Part shown: positions 29,631-40,467 of the stretch, piece after piece
How positions within the stretch are numbered: position 1 is the stretch's first letter
How the letters are laid out: each line of letters starts with the position of its first letter
Assembly: GCA_965216465.1 (NCBI GenBank)
Contig: CBDCFW010000004.1
Coordinates: 160,001 to 224,000 of the forward strand
Origin: Bacteroidia bacterium
Lineage (GTDB): Bacteria; Bacteroidota; Bacteroidia; NS11-12g; UBA9320
DNA: 64,000 nt
Reading direction: 5' to 3'
The notes under the pieces: generated by a model
The model's database searches: none
The model's input: only the letters and a program-made list of their open reading frames with translations
Told to the model about the DNA's origin: nothing
Made by a program: the position numbers and the translations under genes

Positions 29631-30773
29631 TTGACATTTAACCTAGTAATACCGGTTTATAATCGTCTTCACTCCATAAAGCGTTTGATGAATAGCATTC
29701 TCGCTACAACTATTAGAGGGGGAATGAATTTATATATCAGTTGTGAAAAGAATTCAAGCACAGAGGTGTTAGACTATATAAAATCGATAGAATGGAGTCA
29801 TGGAGCGTTTGAAATTATTGTTCAGAAAGAACAGCTCGGAGTTGATCGACACAATCTTGAATGTATGGCTATGGCCGAGAAATTAGGTCATGTGGTCATT
29901 CTCGAAGACGACCTAGTGGTTTCACCTTCATTTCAAGAGTATTTACTGGCTGCACAAGAAATAGCAAAAACAGAGAAGAAGCTAGCTGGAATAAGCTTGT
30001 ACAGATATCCATTGCGAGAGGCAAATCGTTTTCCGTTTGAGTTGATTCCTAACAGTGAATTTCTATATTACCAGCAAAGAGCCAGCAGTAAAGGATGCTT
30101 TTACAATTGGGAAATGCTTAAACCTTATTTTGAGTTTTTAGAAAGTTTTGACCACAACTATAATGCATATCATCTACCGCAAAATGTACTGCGTTGGAAA
30201 AATGAAGTCTGGGAAAAGAGCTTTTATGCATTTCTTCAACACAGTGATAAATATCTTGGATTTCCGAGGTACAGTTTGACTTCAGACTTTGCTGATACAG
30301 GGGTTCACATGAAAAAACAAGTTCATCGCTATCAGCATCAATCACAGCTTTACCTTTCAACAGAATTCATGAAGTTTAAACGTTGGAGGGACACAGAAAA
30401 TGTATATGACGCATTTTATGAACTGCATCCTGAGGTAGTTCGTCGATTAAATACGAGCTTGCAGGATGTTGATTTTGAGATGGATATTTATGGAACAAAA
30501 GACCTCTCAAAGGTTTCGCCTGAATTAACTCTTTCTGAACGTCAGACTAACCAAGCACAAAAATCGTGGGCACGGAGTTTAAAGCCAGAGGTCGTTAATG
30601 TAATCTGTGACCAAGAAGGTGATTTTTTCAAGCTGGCACCCACATCTTCGTTTAGCAATAAACAACATCGAAATAAGCTTAAAGAGAACTTTTTATACTA
30701 TTTCCCTGATACGCGCCTAACGGATCTTGTTCGGATGAAATTTAAAGAAGTAGTGTCAAGATTTACTGGATAG
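29631..30773 (+). CDS. GT-A fold glycosyltransferase (GT2-like)
   Basis: IPVYNR...KRL, ILEDDL.VSP.F, GISLY. Confidence 0.75.
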   Translation: MTFNLVIPVYNRLHSIKRLMNSILATTIRGGMNLYISCEKNSSTEVLDYIKSIEWSHGAFEIIVQKEQLGVDRHNLECMAMAEKLGHVVILEDDLVVSPSFQEYLLAAQEIAKTEKKLAGISLYRYPLREANRFPFELIPNSEFLYYQQRASSKGCFYNWEMLKPYFEFLESFDHNYNAYHLPQNVLRWKNEVWEKSFYAFLQHSDKYLGFPRYSLTSDFADTGVHMKKQVHRYQHQSQLYLSTEFMKFKRWRDTENVYDAFYELHPEVVRRLNTSLQDVDFEMDIYGTKDLSKVSPELTLSERQTNQAQKSWARSLKPEVVNVICDQEGDFFKLAPTSSFSNKQHRNKLKENFLYYFPDTRLTDLVRMKFKEVVSRFTG

Positions 30774-32076
30774 TGTAAACCCAGAGTCCCAAACTGTCGG
30801 ATCTCGATTTGTATAAAGATTTGATCGAAAGAAGACCCTTAACTGGTTTGATATCAGCTGTTTGTGCGAAACGCTTACCACCCATATTTAAATATTCTTC
30901 TAGTTGGATGCATTTACGAGGATTGGTCATTAGAACAACATCTCCACTTTTGATTGAATCAAATGGTTGTGTTCGAATTGGATCTAGTAAAATCATTCTA
31001 GAATTTGAATTGTCGAAGAATTGTGCAGTTGCAAAGTATGATTCTAAAAAGACCTTATTATCCCCTCCGTGTTTGGCAATCTCTTCGTGCACTTTGTAAA
31101 TCTGATTGCAGTAGGCCGAGTTTTCTATTCGCACATAATTCGGATGTATGACATTTAATGCCAGGTTAAAACCAAGTGCTAAATAGGCGAGGGGTTTCCA
31201 TTTCATGTCTTCTTTATTTTCTATGGTCCAAATGAGTAAAGGAATAAATAAGAAGACTAAGTAATAGCTCGTGCCAAGAGCGGAACATACAATAAATAAT
31301 GCCAGGAAGTTAAGCACCTTTTCTCGGCTCAAATGAGTTTTGAGTAAAAGCAAAAAAGCTGCAATTGTAATTCCACTGAATGAGAAAAACTTCACTAAAA
31401 CAGAAAGGTTATAGGTCTCAAGACGATACACCAGCATTGACTTAAACACGTTTTCAGGCATCAAGAAAAAAATGCTTAGGCCGACTATTCCGATAACCAA
31501 GAAGATTGCTCCGCGTTTAAGCGTCTGGGGAACTAAAGCCTGTTGAGCACAAAGAAAACCAGCAATAGCGAGTACTCCATTGGCAGGATGTAAGGCAACT
31601 AAAATTATTGCAAAAAGAAATCCCCATGTCAGTTTATGACTCGGTGTATCTAAAACCCTGTATCGAAGCCAAAAAAGAACGCTAAGCATTAACACTACAA
31701 CTTCTGGTCTTTGACTGAGTATAGATTTATCACTTATTAGAAGAGAAGCAATCAATAGCGACCACCACAAGTTCTGTGAATACATGTTCTTGGCTATCAA
31801 AAAGCCAAGAAGAAATATCACCAGTGCGTAGAACATCACAACACTATACTGAGATTTAACAACCAATGCGACTGGAGCTTGAACCCACCCAAATAATAGG
31901 GGAGTGTTGTATTGCGTAAACTCATTAAAGAAAGGATGCCCATTTATAATTGAAGCTGCCTGACTAAAATACCAAGCTCCATCTAATTCATTTATCGGGC
32001 AAATAAATTGAGAAATGCAGACCACCACCGTAATTAAAGCAGTGGCAATCAGTAGGATGAAGTTTTGGTTTTTCAA
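30763..32076 (-). CDS. Polytopic membrane protein, GT-C/ArnT-like
   Basis: Roughly 10 TM segments; acidic motif NELDGAWY after TM1, QRPE and LHP motifs, soluble C-terminal tail. Confidence 0.55.
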   Translation of the reverse strand: MKNQNFILLIATALITVVVCISQFICPINELDGAWYFSQAASIINGHPFFNEFTQYNTPLLFGWVQAPVALVVKSQYSVVMFYALVIFLLGFLIAKNMYSQNLWWSLLIASLLISDKSILSQRPEVVVLMLSVLFWLRYRVLDTPSHKLTWGFLFAIILVALHPANGVLAIAGFLCAQQALVPQTLKRGAIFLVIGIVGLSIFFLMPENVFKSMLVYRLETYNLSVLVKFFSFSGITIAAFLLLLKTHLSREKVLNFLALFIVCSALGTSYYLVFLFIPLLIWTIENKEDMKWKPLAYLALGFNLALNVIHPNYVRIENSAYCNQIYKVHEEIAKHGGDNKVFLESYFATAQFFDNSNSRMILLDPIRTQPFDSIKSGDVVLMTNPRKCIQLEEYLNMGGKRFAQTADIKPVKGLLSIKSLYKSRSDSLGLWVYTIQ

Positions 32077-32082
32077 GATGAA

Positions 32083-35000
32083 TTATCTCATCAAATATAT
32101 CTTACCAATACCTTGTTGGAAGAATTCGTCGCCATCTGTTTCAAAATGATTCAGGTCTTTGCCATCAATTTTGGCTACAACCTTGTAAAGGTAGACACCG
32201 TTTGCCAGTTGATCTCCAAATTGATCCGTTCCGTCCCAAGTAAAGTCAGATATGTTGTTTCCAATTCTAATCTGTCCTAGTTCTTCCTTTGTAATTTCAC
32301 GAACGACTTTACCGGTTACTGTCATAATTTGAATTTTAAGATAGTCAGGTACTTGCTCACCAGTTAAGGTGTAAACAAATCGCATTGAAGTTGTAAATGG
32401 ATTAGGGTAGGGGTAGATGTTAGAAAGCGATGCTTCTCGAATAACTTTGAAATGGATCTGGTACTTCAACTCACTAGATTCGTTACCAGATGCATCTTTA
32501 ACAACAACAGTTAACAGATAATCACCTGATGCCAGATCGTTTGCATAATATTCCATAACAGCTTTTTCTCCTGGCTTAGTTCCTGGGAAAAATGCTACCT
32601 GGCTCAATTGGTTTGTTATGGTGTCGGTTTGACCATTTGGCTTCAAGATGGTCACATCGAAAGCTGACGGATCGTCAATGAATAAAAACTCATTATCGTC
32701 AAGAACAGACATGGTTATAACCGTATTTGGTGATACGATGTCGTAATCTAAGATGTGATTTCCATCAAACACAACATCAAGCAGTGGGTTCTTCTCATCG
32801 TTCAACACAATATATTTCAAATCAATCACATTGTTTTCTAAACTTAATTCAGGTTGCTCGTAATCTGGATTTACAAACACTGTTAATCGGTTTAGTCCAC
32901 TTAATCCGCGGGTAGAAATAGTGTAGTTAAAGATAACAGAATCTTGAGGAGCAAGAGGTTGATAATACCTCAATTCAACCGTATCGTTGGTGTTGTTTGG
33001 CTTTCTGTTTAATGTTAACACTCTTATACTATCCATATCATAAGGAGATATGTTTTGATAGGCAATCGTAAACGATATGGAATCTCCTTCTTGAATAGTG
33101 TCGTGACTTTGCTCAAAAGCGATATTGGGGTCAATTGTTCCTTCTGGAACTCCTTCGTATAGAAGCGTCCATCGATCTTGTTCTGCAGGAGTTCTTCCGT
33201 CTACGTCTCCATAAAATCCTCTGATTTTCAAGTAAGGGTAAACATTGGCGTCTACTGATGATAGATCTAACGTTTTTGCAGTTACTTTAGTAAACAGTGG
33301 TATTTCGTAGTTGTTTCGGTCAATTCCAAAAATGTCGTAATGAAGGGTGTCAGTGTCATAGTCAAACTCATTGTGTAGGGTGTAGTAGAATTGTTGCCAG
33401 CTAGATGATGGTCCAATTTTTTGAGAGGCTAAGTATCCACTCTCTGCAATTGGGAACAATACAATTGAGAATTCTAAGAGTTGGTCTTTAGGATCCGTAG
33501 TAGAGTTGTAGTTGGCAATAAGTTCTGTTCCTTCACCTGGAGCATATCCTTTTTTGCCAAGAAGACCGTATGGGTCTCCATCGTTGACATTCCTTGCTTC
33601 TAATCCGCCATACATTTCAAGAGCCTGGAAAACAGTGTCTTCCCATTGGTCAATATCTGTATATCCCGAGGTGTAAATAAACATATTAAATCCGTCAGGA
33701 ACGCGGTGCATGTAATCTACAAAAGAATCTCGGTGTTCTTTGTTTCTCATATCGAACCAATAAGCACCACTGAATTTTCCGGTAACATATTCTGGTACTC
33801 CCCATGTTTTGGTGCCAAAACGCTTGTTAAATCGACTTGAGTCACTAAAACGGTCCAACCTATCAGGGTCTACAGCAACCGCTGCAAGACCGTTGATCAA
33901 GAATCCAGGGTAGTAGTAATTCGGTTCGATACGAATTCCTTTTTTTGTAGGAGGGATGTTTGCTCCTCCAGCATATATGGTGTACTTGTCTGATATCGTT
34001 CTCAAGAATTCTAAATCTCGAGTATCTTCATTCATGTGAATTCGTGTTCCTTCACTCTCGGAGAGTTTGGTGTAGTAACCTTGTGACCAGCCAGGAGCAC
34101 TTTGGTAGATGAAAGAAAATGTTCCATTCTCCCATAGTCCACCTTGATCTAAAGGTTTATTGAATCGTGCTCTCCAGAAGAAATCTGTACTGTCAAATGG
34201 AGGCAACACAAACTTGTGACTAATAATGTTGCTTCCTACAACAAGACCAGACTGTTGTAAGTTTGGACTGTTAAATAAAGGTGTGGTGTCTAGCTCAAAA
34301 TATACTTCATCATTTTCCGAAAGCATATTGGTGTTTTGAACTTGCAACAGGACCTCAGCGTTTGAAACAATGGCATCTTTAGTAGGACTTAGAACAGCCA
34401 AACGATTAGATGGCATGAAATAGGCGAATGTAGTCGTATTGTTGATCTCTCCTACAGGAGGAAGTTCGTCTATGCTGTCACCGTTATCAACAGTAATTGT
34501 AAAAGTATTAAACCCATTACTGTATTTGGTGGTAGGAATCCAAAAACGGATATTCTTAGATGAATGAATCTGGCCAAATTTCTTTGGACCAAAAGTATCT
34601 CTTACGTCGTTGGCATATTTTACTTCAACCATAAATTCTGGAGTGTCAGAGGTAGCCATCCCTAGGTTGATAACATTGAGGTCAAGGGCAAATGAATCAT
34701 CTTCTGCATTTGCATCGATAGGAAATACAGAAATGCCATTGTCAAAAGTGTAATCTGGCTTGGTGGGCGAGAAAATTTTAATTGCTGGATCTCCATGGTA
34801 TACCATCTGTCGGCATTGTGACCTATTGAATGGATCTAAAGGATTTTGGTAATCTGCCATGGTGTAACTGATATTTTTACCAATTGATTCACCATAGTGC
34901 TCATCAAGCATGTTGGTGTAGAATTTGGAAGTCCAACTGTACAACTCATTGATAAAACCAAATGCAGAACTCGCTATCCAAGCAATTCCCCCTTTATCTT

Positions 35001-37041
35001 TTTCAAGCAAGAATTCTTCTGGAAGCGAAAACTCTTCAAAGCTATTTCCGAGTGTACAACCGTTAAAAACAAACAGCGGATATTGACCATAGTTGTCAAG
35101 ATGTCTCGCTCGACCCATATCGACTTCCAATGCTTGAGAAGCTCCATGACCAAAGTAACTTACTATGCTCACTCCATCGTTTATAATAGCTTGAATATCT
35201 GATGTCAATGATGAATCTATCGCAACAGCCTCAGACTTGGTAATTTTCTTTCTACTTCCACCATATTTCTGACCTTTTATAATCTCAAAATAGTGGTTCT
35301 GATAGCCTTCAAGCAGCAATTGCTCTTTCGCTCCAGCTCCACCGGTTAGTTGAAGTACCGTTTTTGATGTATTTCCATACTGTTCGTGAACTTTTAACTT
35401 GTCGAGGTAATTGACTACCTCTTCATTTTTCCTCGCTGGCACACGGCCTATAGCCATTTGTGGAACTAAGTTGTTAGGCGTATAATCCGTTACAAAAATG
35501 TAGTCTGTTGGCGGATTTCCCCAAGTTGGAACAAGGTCTTCGTAGGTTCGTTTCGTGTAATCGTAACGCGTTTTGAAATAGCTTTGACCTTTACCTAAAA
35601 GCAATACATATTCTGGAGGTGTTCCTTGTTGATCAAAAATACTTCTACAGAAATTTCGAATTGCCATTGGATGGTGGTATCCAAAATAGTATTCGTTGTA
35701 TAAGTCTGAACTGTATACGGTTAATACATTGTGAGAACCTCCTGCTACACTAGATCGATAATCGGCATATTCTTGTGCACCAGTTGCAAGCAGCTTGTTA
35801 GTTATGATAATGTAATCGTAAGTAGTATTGTCAAGGTCGTAATCATTAAATATTACTTCCTGAATATTGCTGGCATCAACCACAACTTTAGCAGCTTCAT
35901 CAGCAATAAACAACTCTTTAATCCCGGGGTCTGCACAATTGAAAACCAGATTGTTACTTACAATATCACCCTTAATGCGAAGTTTGTTGGTACGGTCAAA
36001 GATGTACGGGTCGTTTCCGTTGAAGTTTGTAAATTCAAAGTAGGTGTTGTTTCCGGTATACTTCCAGCCAAATGTTCCTTGGTTGTTCATGTCAAGGTGG
36101 CGAGGATAGTCAATTCGAATATACGATGTGGCATGACGTGCTTTCGTTAAATACACGGAAGCAAAATCAAAAACAGTGTTTGGATTACCAATTAGCGATG
36201 GGTCTAAAGTTCCTGAGTCTATAAGTCGTGTGTAACCAAAGTGCTTTTTAGAGTATATAAGCGTATTGGCAACCGTAACTTGTATTTCATGATTTATGCC
36301 ATTAACTACTGCTCCTTGCCCAGTTGGATTAGATTTTCCATATACACTAAACTCATATTTCGGAGTTGGTCCAGATTGGTCATATAGTTCAGTAGAAACA
36401 GGTAATAATCGGTTACGAGTTGTAGCAATATATTGCGAAAACCATCCTTCACCTTCGGTATATTCTGAATAATATCCAGGTGATGAGTATGGACTTCCAT
36501 CATAATATTCTTCAATAACTCCAGGCCCGTACCATTTAGGTGAGCTGTACCATATCCACGAGTCGCTTGTTTTTCCAGTGTAATCCGAATTGTAAAAGTC
36601 GGTAATTCGTTTTCCTGGCGTAGATGTTGTCCAAGTCAAAAAGTAATTGCTTGTATCAGTATACAAGCTCATGTATTTGTGGGGTTGGTCTTGAGGATTG
36701 AGGTAAAGAATTTCATCAAGTGTACCATCATTGTACTGGCCATAGAACTCAATAAAATCAGAAGCGTCAAAAGTGTTATCAGCTTGACCGCTTACATAAA
36801 TATGCTGTTCTTCTCCGTTAAGAAAGATTTGAATGTTTTTTGGGTTGATAGAGGCAAGCGGAACTCCAGCCGAGATTAAGGCAGCATGATCTAGCTTGTA
36901 AATTCCATTAGAGCCAACTTCAATTTTGTAGTAGCTTTGGTTGAAGTTTATCCAGTCTTGTCCATGTTGACCAAAAGAGGCAACAGAAGTCAAAACTCCA
37001 ATCAAAACAAGTAGTAGGTAAGAATGATTTCGTAATTTCAT
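32083..37041 (-). CDS. C25 (gingipain-family) peptidase, PorU-like, with T9SS CTD
   Basis: YYKIEV..NGIY, IEFYG..NDG, YVLLLGK, IGRVPA, catalytic FGHGA and NGC, CARDB-like region; C-terminal YPNPFT...WDG.D..G..LANGVYLYK. Confidence 0.9.
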   Translation of the reverse strand: MKLRNHSYLLLVLIGVLTSVASFGQHGQDWINFNQSYYKIEVGSNGIYKLDHAALISAGVPLASINPKNIQIFLNGEEQHIYVSGQADNTFDASDFIEFYGQYNDGTLDEILYLNPQDQPHKYMSLYTDTSNYFLTWTTSTPGKRITDFYNSDYTGKTSDSWIWYSSPKWYGPGVIEEYYDGSPYSSPGYYSEYTEGEGWFSQYIATTRNRLLPVSTELYDQSGPTPKYEFSVYGKSNPTGQGAVVNGINHEIQVTVANTLIYSKKHFGYTRLIDSGTLDPSLIGNPNTVFDFASVYLTKARHATSYIRIDYPRHLDMNNQGTFGWKYTGNNTYFEFTNFNGNDPYIFDRTNKLRIKGDIVSNNLVFNCADPGIKELFIADEAAKVVVDASNIQEVIFNDYDLDNTTYDYIIITNKLLATGAQEYADYRSSVAGGSHNVLTVYSSDLYNEYYFGYHHPMAIRNFCRSIFDQQGTPPEYVLLLGKGQSYFKTRYDYTKRTYEDLVPTWGNPPTDYIFVTDYTPNNLVPQMAIGRVPARKNEEVVNYLDKLKVHEQYGNTSKTVLQLTGGAGAKEQLLLEGYQNHYFEIIKGQKYGGSRKKITKSEAVAIDSSLTSDIQAIINDGVSIVSYFGHGASQALEVDMGRARHLDNYGQYPLFVFNGCTLGNSFEEFSLPEEFLLEKDKGGIAWIASSAFGFINELYSWTSKFYTNMLDEHYGESIGKNISYTMADYQNPLDPFNRSQCRQMVYHGDPAIKIFSPTKPDYTFDNGISVFPIDANAEDDSFALDLNVINLGMATSDTPEFMVEVKYANDVRDTFGPKKFGQIHSSKNIRFWIPTTKYSNGFNTFTITVDNGDSIDELPPVGEINNTTTFAYFMPSNRLAVLSPTKDAIVSNAEVLLQVQNTNMLSENDEVYFELDTTPLFNSPNLQQSGLVVGSNIISHKFVLPPFDSTDFFWRARFNKPLDQGGLWENGTFSFIYQSAPGWSQGYYTKLSESEGTRIHMNEDTRDLEFLRTISDKYTIYAGGANIPPTKKGIRIEPNYYYPGFLINGLAAVAVDPDRLDRFSDSSRFNKRFGTKTWGVPEYVTGKFSGAYWFDMRNKEHRDSFVDYMHRVPDGFNMFIYTSGYTDIDQWEDTVFQALEMYGGLEARNVNDGDPYGLLGKKGYAPGEGTELIANYNSTTDPKDQLLEFSIVLFPIAESGYLASQKIGPSSSWQQFYYTLHNEFDYDTDTLHYDIFGIDRNNYEIPLFTKVTAKTLDLSSVDANVYPYLKIRGFYGDVDGRTPAEQDRWTLLYEGVPEGTIDPNIAFEQSHDTIQEGDSISFTIAYQNISPYDMDSIRVLTLNRKPNNTNDTVELRYYQPLAPQDSVIFNYTISTRGLSGLNRLTVFVNPDYEQPELSLENNVIDLKYIVLNDEKNPLLDVVFDGNHILDYDIVSPNTVITMSVLDDNEFLFIDDPSAFDVTILKPNGQTDTITNQLSQVAFFPGTKPGEKAVMEYYANDLASGDYLLTVVVKDASGNESSELKYQIHFKVIREASLSNIYPYPNPFTTSMRFVYTLTGEQVPDYLKIQIMTVTGKVVREITKEELGQIRIGNNISDFTWDGTDQFGDQLANGVYLYKVVAKIDGKDLNHFETDGDEFFQQGIGKIYLMR

Positions 37042-37176
37042 GACAACAATCCAATTTCAAAGATATTGCTATACAGCCATTAATACGTCGCGATATTGTC
37101 AATTATTACCACCACCTGTATATTTTTTCAGAAAATTTTTTCCTATTCTGGGAATATTTAACTTCGCACAGTAACA

Positions 37177-37866
37177 ATGAGTAAAGTAGTAAAGAACGCA
37201 CAAGAGGCAATTAGAGGCATAGAAGATGGTATGACTTTGATGCTCGGAGGCTTTGGTTTATGCGGTATTCCGGAGAATTCAATCAAGGCTTTAGTTGATG
37301 CTAAAGTCAAAAATTTAACATGTATTTCTAACAATGCTGGAGTCGATGATTTTGGGATAGGATTAATGCTTCAAGGAAGACAAGTTAAGAAGATGATATC
37401 TTCCTATGTGGGTGAAAATGCTGAATTCGAGCGACAATTACTTAGTGGCGAGCTTGAAGTTGAGTTAATTCCTCAAGGTACTTTGGCTGAAAGATGCCGT
37501 GCTGCAGGTGCTGGAATTCCAGCCTTTTATACTCCAGCAGGTTATGGTACTGAAGTTGCTGAAGGAAAAGAAGTTCGCGAGTTTGACGGCAAGATGTATA
37601 TTCAAGAATTTGCATTTAAACCAGATTTTGCCATTGTTAAAGCTTGGAAAGGTGATACCGACGGTAATCTAATCTTCAAAGCCACGGCGCGAAACTTTAA
37701 TCCACTCATGGCTACTGCAGGTAAAATTACAATCGCTGAAGTTGAAGAATTGGTAGAACCTGGCGAATTAGACCCAAATTTTATTCATACACCTTCAATT
37801 TTTGTGAATAGAATATTTCAAGGTACAGATTACGAAAAGAGAATTGAGCAAAGAACAACACGATAA
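37177..37866 (+). CDS. scoA: 3-oxoacid CoA-transferase subunit A
   Basis: [30 protein letters not shown]. Confidence 0.93.
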   Translation: MSKVVKNAQEAIRGIEDGMTLMLGGFGLCGIPENSIKALVDAKVKNLTCISNNAGVDDFGIGLMLQGRQVKKMISSYVGENAEFERQLLSGELEVELIPQGTLAERCRAAGAGIPAFYTPAGYGTEVAEGKEVREFDGKMYIQEFAFKPDFAIVKAWKGDTDGNLIFKATARNFNPLMATAGKITIAEVEELVEPGELDPNFIHTPSIFVNRIFQGTDYEKRIEQRTTR

Positions 37867-38519
37867 TGTTAGATAAATTTGGTATAGCGAAAAGAATCGC
37901 AAAGGAGCTTAAAGATGGTTACTATGTTAATCTTGGTATAGGCATTCCTACTTTGGTAGCAAACTATATTCCTGAAGGTGTAAGTGTAACGCTTCAATCT
38001 GAAAATGGACTCTTAGGCATGGGGCCTTTTCCTACTGAAGATGAAGTTGACGCAGACTTGATAAATGCGGGTAAACAAACCGTAACTACATTGCCCGGAT
38101 CTGTGTTTTTTGACAGTGCTACTAGCTTCGGAATGATTCGAAGTGGCCGGGTTGATCTAACTGTGCTTGGTGCCATGGAGGTAAACGACAAAGGAGATAT
38201 AGCCAATTGGAAAATTCCAGGTAAAATGGTGAAAGGAATGGGAGGGGCTATGGATCTTGTTGCTTCTGCTCAAAACATCATCGTAGCTATGAATCACACA
38301 AACAGAGCTGGAGATTCTAAATTGTTAGATGAGCTTAGTCTTCCAATAACGGGCTTAGGTTGTGTTAAAAAAGTAGTTTCTAACCTGGGTGTATTCGATA
38401 TTACTGACCAAGGATTTGTTTTAAGAGAGCTTGCTCCGGGAGTTACTCTCGACCAAGTAAAGCAAAGTACCAAGGGACGATTATCTATTCCAGATGACTT
38501 CATTCAAATGGAAGAATAA
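37866..38519 (+). CDS. scoB: 3-oxoacid CoA-transferase subunit B
   Basis: NLGIGIPT, QSENG, GMGGAMDLV. Confidence 0.93.
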   Translation: MLDKFGIAKRIAKELKDGYYVNLGIGIPTLVANYIPEGVSVTLQSENGLLGMGPFPTEDEVDADLINAGKQTVTTLPGSVFFDSATSFGMIRSGRVDLTVLGAMEVNDKGDIANWKIPGKMVKGMGGAMDLVASAQNIIVAMNHTNRAGDSKLLDELSLPITGLGCVKKVVSNLGVFDITDQGFVLRELAPGVTLDQVKQSTKGRLSIPDDFIQMEE

Positions 38520-38580
38520 TAAGGATTAAAAAATGTTAATTCAATCTTGACTACTTATCATTTTATTTCTTGATAAATAG

Positions 38581-38588
38581 TACCTTTG
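38581..38588 (+). promoter_or_regulatory. Bacteroidota -7 box for mdh
   Basis: TACCTTTG followed by cac. Confidence 0.7.
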
Positions 38589-38614
38589 CACCTCTTAAAA
38601 TTAAACAATAGAAA

Positions 38615-39538
38615 ATGAAAGTAACAGTTGTTGGAGCCGGTGCAGTAGGTGCGAGTTGTGCCGAATACATCGCAATTAAAAATTTCGCAGACGAAGTAGT
38701 TCTTGTAGACATTAAAGAAGGATATGCCGAAGGTAAAGCAATGGACCTGATGCAAACTTCTTCATTAAATGGTTTTGACACCTTAATTACAGGTGCTACT
38801 AACGATTATTCTAAAACTGCAGGAAGTGATGTTGCTGTTATAACAAGCGGTATTCCTAGGAAACCAGGTATGACTCGTGAAGAGCTTATCGGAATTAATG
38901 CAGGTATCGTTAAAACTGTTTCAAATAGTATTCTTGAGCATTCTCCAAATGCAATCATCATCGTAGTAAGTAACCCTATGGATACTATGGCGTACTTGGT
39001 ACACAAAGCAACGGGACTTCCAAAAAATAGAATTATTGGAATGGGCGGTGCTTTAGATAGTGCACGATTCAAATATAGATTAGCAGAAGCCCTAGATTGT
39101 CCTACTTCTGATGTAGACGGAATGGTAATTGGTGGACACAGTGATAAAGGAATGGTTCCTTTGATTGCAAAAGCTACAAGAAATAGTGTAAGTGTTTCTG
39201 AGTATTTAAGTGCTGATAGAATGCAACAAATTGTTGAAGATACTAAAGTAGGTGGAGCAACACTTACAGGTCTTTTAGGAACAAGTGCATGGTATGCACC
39301 AGGTGCGGCAGTTTCTGAGTTGGTTAAAGCGATTGCTCTTGACTCTAAGAAAATGTTCCCTTGCTCAGCAATGTTAGACGGAGAATATGGTTTGAGTGAT
39401 ATTTCAATAGGTGTCCCTTGTATTCTTGGAAAAAATGGAATCGAAAGAATTGTAGAAGTATCTCTTTCTGATGCTGAAAAAGCAAAGCTTGTAGAAAGTG
39501 CTGAAGGCGTTTCAAAAACAAACACCTTGCTAGACTAA
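38615..39538 (+). CDS. mdh: Malate dehydrogenase (LDH-like)
   Basis: GAGAVG, PRKPGMTR, SNPMD, LDSARF, GGH. Confidence 0.96.
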   Translation: MKVTVVGAGAVGASCAEYIAIKNFADEVVLVDIKEGYAEGKAMDLMQTSSLNGFDTLITGATNDYSKTAGSDVAVITSGIPRKPGMTREELIGINAGIVKTVSNSILEHSPNAIIIVVSNPMDTMAYLVHKATGLPKNRIIGMGGALDSARFKYRLAEALDCPTSDVDGMVIGGHSDKGMVPLIAKATRNSVSVSEYLSADRMQQIVEDTKVGGATLTGLLGTSAWYAPGAAVSELVKAIALDSKKMFPCSAMLDGEYGLSDISIGVPCILGKNGIERIVEVSLSDAEKAKLVESAEGVSKTNTLLD

Positions 39539-39560
39539 GCAATAAATATTTTAAAATATA

Positions 39561-39591
39561 AAAAGGTCAGCTTCTTAGAAGTTGACCTTTT
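39561..39591. terminator. Intrinsic terminator after mdh, overlapping the end of the convergent gene
   Basis: AAAAGGTCAGCTTC-tta-GAAGTTGACCTTTT. Confidence 0.75.
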
Positions 39592-40423
39592 CTTTTATAT
39601 GAAAGGCTTCTTTTTGACGCCATTTCACTTTAAATGTGACTATCAGAAGAAGGAGTGCCAGTAAGATTACAAAAAGTGCGATCAATAGCTTGCCCTCAAC
39701 AATCAGTAAAATATTAAAGGCAAGGAGAAGTCCTGCACTTAGTTCTCCAAAAAGAGAAGCTGAGAATAAAAATTGAAACCAAATTCTCGCTAGACTAATT
39801 AGATTGTAGTTGCTCTGCCCATACTTTCTAGAATTCTGCCCTACTTTGATATAAGTGTTTGGCTGAATTTGTTTCTTCAATAGTCCATCTACAATAAAGT
39901 GATAAGAATTAGTTGACTTTAATTCTTTTAGACTGTCTTGACGTACAATTCGAAATGAGCTAAGCTTGGTAGAAAGTCCACAAAAGCTATATACCAGATA
40001 CTTTGCAAATTTGGCTAATGACTTGATTGGTCCTGACCGTTGTTGCTTCTCTGCGTAACCATATATCAGCTTAATATTCGTTTTTTCAATGGCGAAAAGC
40101 AGCGTATGAATGTCTTCTGGATTGTACTCCAAATCATCGTCGATGGTAACAACATATTCACCTTTTGATTGTATTAGACCACATAATGTTGCTGCTTGTT
40201 GGCCATAATTACGGTCTAGGTCTATTGCCTTGAGATATGCATGCTCTATGCACAGCTTTTTTAATTCATTTAAACTTTGGTCTTTACTTCCATCGTTTAC
40301 TGCAATAATCTCGTAAGTGACTTCCTCTTTTTGGCAAAACGCACCTATTCTATCAGTTAATTCAGCAAGAGACTTCTCACTGTTGTAAACTGGAATAATT
40401 ATGCTTAGATATGGTGGTTTCAC
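39575..40423 (-). CDS. GT2 polyprenol-phosphate glycosyltransferase (ArnC/GtrB-like)
   Basis: SIIIPVYN, NDGSKD, RNYGQ..A..CG, IDDDL, two C-terminal TMs. GTG 40423 preferred. Confidence 0.85.
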   Translation of the reverse strand: MKPPYLSIIIPVYNSEKSLAELTDRIGAFCQKEEVTYEIIAVNDGSKDQSLNELKKLCIEHAYLKAIDLDRNYGQQAATLCGLIQSKGEYVVTIDDDLEYNPEDIHTLLFAIEKTNIKLIYGYAEKQQRSGPIKSLAKFAKYLVYSFCGLSTKLSSFRIVRQDSLKELKSTNSYHFIVDGLLKKQIQPNTYIKVGQNSRKYGQSNYNLISLARIWFQFLFSASLFGELSAGLLLAFNILLIVEGKLLIALFVILLALLLLIVTFKVKWRQKEAFHIKEKVNF

Positions 40424-40446
40424 ATCGCAAAGAAATATTAAAAAAT

Positions 40447-40454
40447 TAGTTTTG
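40447..40454 (+). promoter_or_regulatory. Bacteroidota -7 box
   Basis: TAGTTTTG, 13 nt before the next start. Confidence 0.55.
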
Positions 40455-40467
40455 CGGCTAGTTTTAA

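Noticed and set aside
38806-39525. 239-aa antisense ORF
   Set aside because: Lies wholly opposite mdh; explained by codon bias of a highly expressed gene. The same applies to the antisense ORFs within pntA, dnaK and the C25 gene.
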